DNA from: a virus
Direction: 5' to 3' (one strand)
DNA: 64,000 nt
IMG/VR virus record: IMGVR_UViG_3300022833_000005
Coordinates: 32,001 to 96,000 of that record
The number at the start of each line of letters is the position of its first letter. The first letter of the stretch is position 1. Below, piece by piece: positions 57,901 to 64,000 of this stretch. The position numbers and the translations under genes are program-made. The notes beneath the pieces are model-generated. The model ran no database searches, was not told the DNA's origin, and saw only the letters and a list, made by a program, of their open reading frames with translations.

Positions 57901-57936
57901 GAAGGTAACAAATTTAACGAAAAAAATGTTACCTTC
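57901..57936 (-). promoter_or_regulatory. Inverted repeat enclosing a minus-strand -7 box (TAAATTTG)
   Basis: gaaggtaaca...tgttaccttc; caaattta at 57909-57916. Confidence 0.55.
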
Positions 57937-57946
57937 CTATTAATTA

Positions 57947-59440
57947 TTAATCCACAGAAACTACTCGTTTACTAATTTCCTTCTTCATATCTTCCAAACT
58001 ACCAACTATTGCACGTATGTCTATTGTAGACACATTTGGTAAATTGAATTCATACTTAGAAGTCTCAGCTACAAATCCTTGTTGCACTTTAGCTTCAAGA
58101 TCTTCAAGTTCACGAATAGCATAATCTTCATCTAACTGAAGAGTATCAAATGCAACATCATGTAAAATAGATGTAGCTTCTGATCTTGGTACAGTCATGA
58201 TTGGTAAATATTCATAACATCTACCTTTATGTTCTCCAATACCAACCACCTTCATAGGGTTAATAAGAACAAGAACAGATTGATCACCACATCCTACATA
58301 ATGTATTTGATCTGCTGTAAAATGTAAACCTGCAGCAGCACAATCTTGTGTAGACCAATTACAATCTTCTTTAGGCATAGTTGTTACTTTTCCTACACGA
58401 ATATCAAAAGTTTTAGTCCAATCATCTGTAAACCGGTTCTCTGCTCTATTTGGTAAGTCTAAATATAAATCAGTTAACATACCTATTTCTGAACCATGAT
58501 CCACTTTAGTTTGTGAAGTCCATTCATATTCTTCCACTTCACCTGTACCATCACAATTTTCACATAACATGTTTTCATCTTCATAATCATCATAATTAAT
58601 ACCTTCTCCTTCACAATCTTCACAATTTGTAGATGTATGAATTTCTTCTGTAAATAGTTTATCAGCATGTACTAATTTATACTCACCTGGACTTGTTTCA
58701 AATACAGTGTAATCACTTGGGTTCTTTTTCCAAACAGCTTTCACTTTATTATAAGTGTTAGAAACAAAATGTACAAGCTCTGGACTTCCATGTAATGTTA
58801 CAACATTACGTAAAGCTACAAAGAAACCTTGTTTAGTGATACGAAAACTATTATTCTTTAAGAATCTGTATAATTCATGAGCCACTTCAGCTCTAGGATT
58901 AAGAGCACACCACATAAAGAATCTTTTTAGTGATTGATATGGTTCATGATCAATTAGATGAACACCTAAATCATTAGCTGCACTCACTTCATTAATTAAC
59001 TCCTCCACTAATAATTGTGGAAGAGATCTAGAAATACCTTTAAAATAAACTGAGGTACCTTCTACAATAAACTCTTCACTCTCTGAAAGAATTACTAAAC
59101 CTTTCTTAAGTGCTTTTATTTTAGATTCTTCTCTTTGCTTCTCAGCAAGTTCTGAAACTACATTACTATTACTAACTATTCTATATAGTTCTGCAATAGT
59201 TGATGCTTCACAAGCTGCAGCAAAATCATCTTCTGTTGCATTTGGCTTTGTTATAATGGAGGCATCTTGTAAAACAATAGTCAATGTATCATTTACCATT
59301 TTAATGTTGGTAAAAGGTTGTTGACCTTTAGTTTGGTTATCTTCTTCATCAATAAGACTATTGATTCTTTTCTCGATAACTTTTTCAATTGAATGGTCTA
59401 CTTTTTCTTTGAACCAATCTAAACTTAGAAATTTACTCAT
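57947..59440 (-). CDS. rIIB-like protein with a DnaJ-type zinc-finger insert
   Basis: NPR..ELYRFL..IT..GFFVA, CAAAGLH, INP..VV, KGRCYEY; follows the rIIA-like gene. Confidence 0.75.
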   Translation of the reverse strand: MSKFLSLDWFKEKVDHSIEKVIEKRINSLIDEEDNQTKGQQPFTNIKMVNDTLTIVLQDASIITKPNATEDDFAAACEASTIAELYRIVSNSNVVSELAEKQREESKIKALKKGLVILSESEEFIVEGTSVYFKGISRSLPQLLVEELINEVSAANDLGVHLIDHEPYQSLKRFFMWCALNPRAEVAHELYRFLKNNSFRITKQGFFVALRNVVTLHGSPELVHFVSNTYNKVKAVWKKNPSDYTVFETSPGEYKLVHADKLFTEEIHTSTNCEDCEGEGINYDDYEDENMLCENCDGTGEVEEYEWTSQTKVDHGSEIGMLTDLYLDLPNRAENRFTDDWTKTFDIRVGKVTTMPKEDCNWSTQDCAAAGLHFTADQIHYVGCGDQSVLVLINPMKVVGIGEHKGRCYEYLPIMTVPRSEATSILHDVAFDTLQLDEDYAIRELEDLEAKVQQGFVAETSKYEFNLPNVSTIDIRAIVGSLEDMKKEISKRVVSVD

Positions 59441-59489
59441 GTTTTTAATTTATTTAATTATTAATATTACTGTTTGTTTACTCGTTTTC

Positions 59490-61739
59490 TTATAATTCAA
59501 CCTCTACAAAAGGAATATGACCTTTTAAATTATAAAATTTCATCATATCAGATATTATTTTTTGTATTGATGATGAATTGTTATAATGTATCCTACTTAT
59601 TAAAACATCTATGTAATAATGTTTACTTAGTATTGCTGAAACTTCAGTGTAAGTTCCCCAAATACTAGAATCCATTAAATATTTAGTTTTAGCTATCTCA
59701 AATATTTCTGCACATATAGTATAATTAACACCATTCTTTGGCATATATTTATTTTTATAAATATATAAATCTTTAAGATTAATAGTAAGTGCATCATGAA
59801 TCTCTTTTATTTCATCTGGATCATTAAAAGCACTAGGATATTTACCTATTAAACTATTTATTGCATAACTTGTTGCTAATTGACTAAATATATCTGAACC
59901 ACCTTCCATAAATTGTTCATATGATAATAAATTACTTAATTCTAAATCAGCTAAACCAAGTAATTCTCTATTTGAAACAGTAAATAATTTAACATTATTC
60001 CATTTAGCAACATTATATAACACATCCAATTTCATAAAATCATCATGACATACATAAATATGCATAGTATCAACATTATCTTCTATTGACTCAATGTTGA
60101 TTTTACTTGCTACAAACTTACATTGTTTACCTTCCACGTATCTTAATGAATCTTCTGCTATCTTACAACTAACATCTCCTGCTATTCTGGGTGCTCTGCC
60201 AGCAATAGTCACCTTGCTTTTAGATTGCATCAAAGCTTTTTTATCATCTAACCAATCTTGATCTATTTCAATATCATCTACAATAGGTAGAGGATTTATG
60301 AATTCATTAATCATCCATTGAAACTCTTTAATTACATCTCTCCATTGGAATTTAGGAAACTTTTTTAATTCAAGAATTTGATGATATGTATCCATACCTG
60401 TACTATTTCTATGACCCAATTCATTAGATTTAACTTTCTTAATAAACTTTGTTCTATCTTTACAAATAGATCTAATGAATTGCTTTTTATTTCCTCTCAT
60501 AGACTCATCAAATAAATAATAAGGTTCTCTAGGATCTTGTAATGAATCCCATCTTACATCTCTACCCCAATGATTACTTTTTATTTCATACATTCTATCA
60601 TTATCTAATTTATAACGAATGCTATACTCATTAAGCAAATATCTAACATTACCTTGTTTACAGAATGCTTCAAGATTAATAAGATTCAATTCATCAATCG
60701 TAGGTTTCTTAATAGGAATTGTAGAAAATTGAAGTATTTTACGTATATCAAATTCAGTATCTCCTATATTAATGTATCTACATTGCTCTGAGTAATAAGA
60801 AAGAGCTTCTTTTAAACCATTCCCTATTTCTATCTTTTCATTATATTTAAGAACACAGTAATTTGCTAATTCTCCAATTCTTTTTAACAAAGTATCTTTC
60901 GCAGCTCTTGTATATATTAAAGACTCTCTATTTGGTGTAGGAAATAAACCATCAGATAACTTAAATCTTAAACCTACAGGTAATTCAATTCTATCTACAC
61001 CTAATTTACCAAAATCTATAGGATAATAAACATCATCTAAACATACATGTAAATTTCTATCACTAGCTAATTCTGAAAATTGAAAGACATTAGATCTGTG
61101 TATAAGAAAATCATTATCTATACCATCTACATTAAAGAATACATTCTGAAAATATGCAAGTTGTTCTTTGATCTTATTAATAAAATCATATCTATCGTTC
61201 CAATTTACTGGTACAATAACTTTTACACCATTTGATTCTTTTGTAGAAGCTGTGTGAAGAAGATCAATTGAATTTACTTCTTCTCCCTCATACATCATAT
61301 ACTTACGCTCTATTCCATCTTTTCTTGCAATGAAATAGAAACTAGAAGTATAAGCTAATGGTGCTTTAAAACCTAAGCCCATCATTCCTAATTCTGTATC
61401 ACTATCTCTTTTGGTAGATTTACCATATTTACTAATAATGTTTCTAACATCATCATCGTCTAAACCAGTACCAAAATCCTCTACAGAGAATTCATAGTTA
61501 TTAGCCTCATTGCGTACAAGAGATATAATAATAGGTTTGTCCACTTTTAATCTCCTATGACTATCCAGAGCATTACTTGCACACTCTCTAATAGTAGAAC
61601 CTATTGAATCTGAATACAAATTCTTACTTAACATCTGCATTAATACTTGTGCAGAATCTAAGTCTAAGGACATTCCTATACTCTCGTTTTGTGTTCCTAC
61701 TTGTAGAACATGTGATTGTTTTTGTTTTTCTAAAATCAT
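59490..61739 (-). CDS. rIIA-like protein (N-terminal GHKL ATPase)
   Basis: LYSD..IRECASNALDSH, VEDFGTGL, YGKSTK, GMMGLGFK, PNRESL. Confidence 0.85.
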   Translation of the reverse strand: MILEKQKQSHVLQVGTQNESIGMSLDLDSAQVLMQMLSKNLYSDSIGSTIRECASNALDSHRRLKVDKPIIISLVRNEANNYEFSVEDFGTGLDDDDVRNIISKYGKSTKRDSDTELGMMGLGFKAPLAYTSSFYFIARKDGIERKYMMYEGEEVNSIDLLHTASTKESNGVKVIVPVNWNDRYDFINKIKEQLAYFQNVFFNVDGIDNDFLIHRSNVFQFSELASDRNLHVCLDDVYYPIDFGKLGVDRIELPVGLRFKLSDGLFPTPNRESLIYTRAAKDTLLKRIGELANYCVLKYNEKIEIGNGLKEALSYYSEQCRYINIGDTEFDIRKILQFSTIPIKKPTIDELNLINLEAFCKQGNVRYLLNEYSIRYKLDNDRMYEIKSNHWGRDVRWDSLQDPREPYYLFDESMRGNKKQFIRSICKDRTKFIKKVKSNELGHRNSTGMDTYHQILELKKFPKFQWRDVIKEFQWMINEFINPLPIVDDIEIDQDWLDDKKALMQSKSKVTIAGRAPRIAGDVSCKIAEDSLRYVEGKQCKFVASKINIESIEDNVDTMHIYVCHDDFMKLDVLYNVAKWNNVKLFTVSNRELLGLADLELSNLLSYEQFMEGGSDIFSQLATSYAINSLIGKYPSAFNDPDEIKEIHDALTINLKDLYIYKNKYMPKNGVNYTICAEIFEIAKTKYLMDSSIWGTYTEVSAILSKHYYIDVLISRIHYNNSSSIQKIISDMMKFYNLKGHIPFVEVEL

Positions 61740-61746
61740 TATTTAT

Positions 61747-63119
61747 TTATTTTAATTTTTTAATAAAATAGTTTGTTACTTCTGGTATATGCTTTTTATA
61801 ATACGGTTGATTGTCCATACACCATTGTTTAACTTCTTCTTTTGTTTCAAATCGTTTATGCCAGGATGAACCTGACATAATCAATATGAATGATGGCTCT
61901 AAATCATCAATAAATGATTGAACTGTCCATCCTTCCCAAATGTGTTTATTTAAATTCATATTTATCTATTTACTTATTTATTTATTTTCTTTTTACTAAC
62001 CAAATAGCTTTATATTCAAAATCAAATCTTACATTTGGTTTATTGTCTGTGTATGGAGATGTGCTATTAGGATGAAATTTTGTTGTATTTAGTCTATTAC
62101 ATATTGATGCAGACCATCCTGGTATCATTGTACCATCATATCTTTTTACTTGTTTTTGTTTAGGAGGCCTTACAATTTGCATATAGTTAAGATCTACACC
62201 TCTTACAATAACTTCATCTCCCTCTAAAAGATCTTTCATTTCAATTAATCTGTTTACATTATTCATATCAATTTATTTTTATTATTTGTTTAAAATTAAG
62301 ATCTACAGATATTACAGCTGCATCATCAGCAGGTATCTTGAATTGAAACTCTTTCCATTTTCTTACATACGCTTTATTATTATAGCCTTTATTTGTGCTT
62401 GTTTTAAATTCTACATCCACTTGACATTTTACAGCAACATATCTAACTGTTCCATTGTAATAAGTCTTTAGTTTACTAATTCTAGGTAATTCCATCACTC
62501 TGTAGCATCTTAACTCAGCACTACAATTTGCAATAATTATATCACCTTTCTGTAACTTTGATTGATCTGTGATCAACATATCTTCTAATTGTCTCATTGT
62601 TTTTAAATTATTTAGGTTTATTTAAGTGCACAATAAATTTATTTGTATCTGTATTATACTTTGGTGATACTGATACATGAATGCCATTATGAAGAATAGA
62701 TAACCAACAGTAATGCTTTTTATCTTTTGCTCCAATTGATACTTGGCCTTTTTTAACAACTGCAAGTATTGCACTCATTGCATCTTCATCTGTAATATCA
62801 TTTCTAATATCAATTATTATTTTTCCCATTATATTATTTGTTTAGAACTATCTTCATCTACTTTGTATTTTGATTCCCAAACTGTTATGTCTTCCAATTT
62901 ATTATCATCTTCTGCATCAAAGTTTATTCCTATACTAATAACATTTACATCTGTGAATTGTTCTATTTCTATCCATGAAGCTGAGTTATCACTAAATTTA
63001 TCAGAATTAATTTCAACTTTATTACTAAAATTAGAATCTTTCTGTAAAGAATTATATATTAATTCCTTTAAAGTTATTTGTTTTGCTTTAATCTTGTTAC
63101 TACCTACATATATTTTCAT
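61747..63119 (-). CDS. Five small hypothetical genes (61747-61959, 61982-62266, 62268-62597, 62608-62829, 62829-63119)
   Basis: Tightly packed ORFs from the track. Confidence 0.6.
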
Positions 63120-63217
63120 AAGTTATTTAATCAAAAGGTTCATTATTTTTATTTAAGTTTATAGATATTACTGCAATAAACATTACAATAACAAAAAGTA
63201 GGATTAATTGGTCCATA

Positions 63218-63574
63218 TCATTTGCTTTTTTTAATTCGATTTAAAATCATTGCTTTTTTTATTAGTAAATAAATCATATTATCATTAAACTTTTCAATAA
63301 CTTTATCTTCAGAAGGTAGTATACCATCATCTATATCATTAGTCATGTCATTTATAGACACCTCATGTTTTAAAAGAAAACCATCTAAGGCTTTCTCAGG
63401 TGTAATACCTCTCATTTTAGAACCTTGATTGAAATTATGATATACATCATTATTTCTCACATACTCTTTACCTTTTACAAGAAGTAAATCTTTTAGTTCA
63501 CCCAATGTATTATGGATTATTTTAAAAAAGTCTTCATTTATTTGATCTTGTTTTGTTGCAATTTTCTTTACCAT
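63218..63574 (-). CDS. Alpha-helical protein, possibly nucleotide-modification-associated (DUF1599-like)
   Basis: K..EY...D..HNF..LLKH..S..D..IYL pattern. Confidence 0.4.
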   Translation of the reverse strand: MVKKIATKQDQINEDFFKIIHNTLGELKDLLLVKGKEYVRNNDVYHNFNQGSKMRGITPEKALDGFLLKHEVSINDMTNDIDDGILPSEDKVIEKFNDNMIYLLIKKAMILNRIKKSK

Positions 63575-63586
63575 GATTATTGTGTT

Positions 63587-64000
63587 TTAAAATGGAGTTT
63601 CAACATCTTTTAACCAAGATATACTATATCCATTATTTTCATAAATTAATGTATCTATTTTCTCAAATACCCCTTCTGAATTCCATTCAACTCCTTTATA
63701 AGAAGCACTTGCTGGATGACTAACTTTGAAGACATGTGAAAATATCCCTGTATATCTTTTGTATTTATAAGCATCTGTACCTAAGAAAAGAACTGGCACC
63801 CCTAAAGGATTAAGCACTTCTTCAAATAAGTATTTTGTAAAAGATTCCCATACCTTTATGTGACTACCAGCTTTATTTTTTTCTGTGGTTAGTGCTACAT
63901 TAAGCATAAGTACTCCTTGTTTTGCTAAATAAGTTACATCAGGACTTGGATCATAACTTAAGTTGAGTCCTCTGTGAAACTCATTCTCAAAAGCTTTATA
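63587..64000 (-). CDS. ung: Uracil-DNA glycosylase, 5'-truncated by the window
   Basis: Frame is open to the window edge; LAKQGVLMLNVALT, GSH..WE.FT, LFLG..A, SHPA. Confidence 0.85.
   Translation of the reverse strand, partial: YKAFENEFHRGLNLSYDPSPDVTYLAKQGVLMLNVALTTEKNKAGSHIKVWESFTKYLFEEVLNPLGVPVLFLGTDAYKYKRYTGIFSHVFKVSHPASASYKGVEWNSEGVFEKIDTLIYENNGYSISWLKDVETPF

Noticed and set aside
1-64000. Stop-codon reassignment (TAG or TGA), known in some Crassvirales
   Set aside because: Very long ORFs are intact in the standard code, TAG and TGA end genes at sensible positions, and TAA is the dominant true stop

Overview
AT-rich (roughly 30% GC by eye) segment of a crAss-like (Crassvirales-type, phi14:2-like) podovirus genome. 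Repeated TAnnTTTG promoter boxes and a Flavobacterium-type RNR point to a Bacteroidota host, probably a flavobacterium. It reads in the standard genetic code. Plus strand, 1-45.4 kb (late genes): a split tail/muzzle-like gene, ejection (cargo) proteins including a 4335-aa virion RNA polymerase with a DFDID motif, fibre genes, a lysis cassette and small basic proteins. Minus strand, 45.4-64 kb: glycosyltransferases, GroES-like, thioredoxin, RecA, class Id-like NrdAB, a 5'-3' exonuclease, HNH nucleases, rIIA/rIIB-like genes and UNG. The main candidate new system is a phage-encoded protein O-glycosylation and sulfation pathway. The putative enzymes are a plant HPAT/SERGT-like peptide O-glycosyltransferase, a MTase-GT-GT-TibC/Aah-like fusion, two GT2-type enzymes, a sulfotransferase, an APS kinase and an HxGH nucleotidyltransferase. 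The putative acceptors are two unannotated poly-Thr micro-ORFs flanking the HPAT-like gene, Thr linkers in the tail protein, and about 100 Gly-Thr-Ser collagen-like triplets plus STVSGG repeats in the fibre. Other signals: a duplicated structured RNA motif at 54.4-55.2 kb, a candidate sRNA/attenuator complementary to the recA start, an intact domain behind an in-frame TAA, and a fixed-spacing late-promoter motif. All homology calls come from motif recognition by eye; no searches were run.
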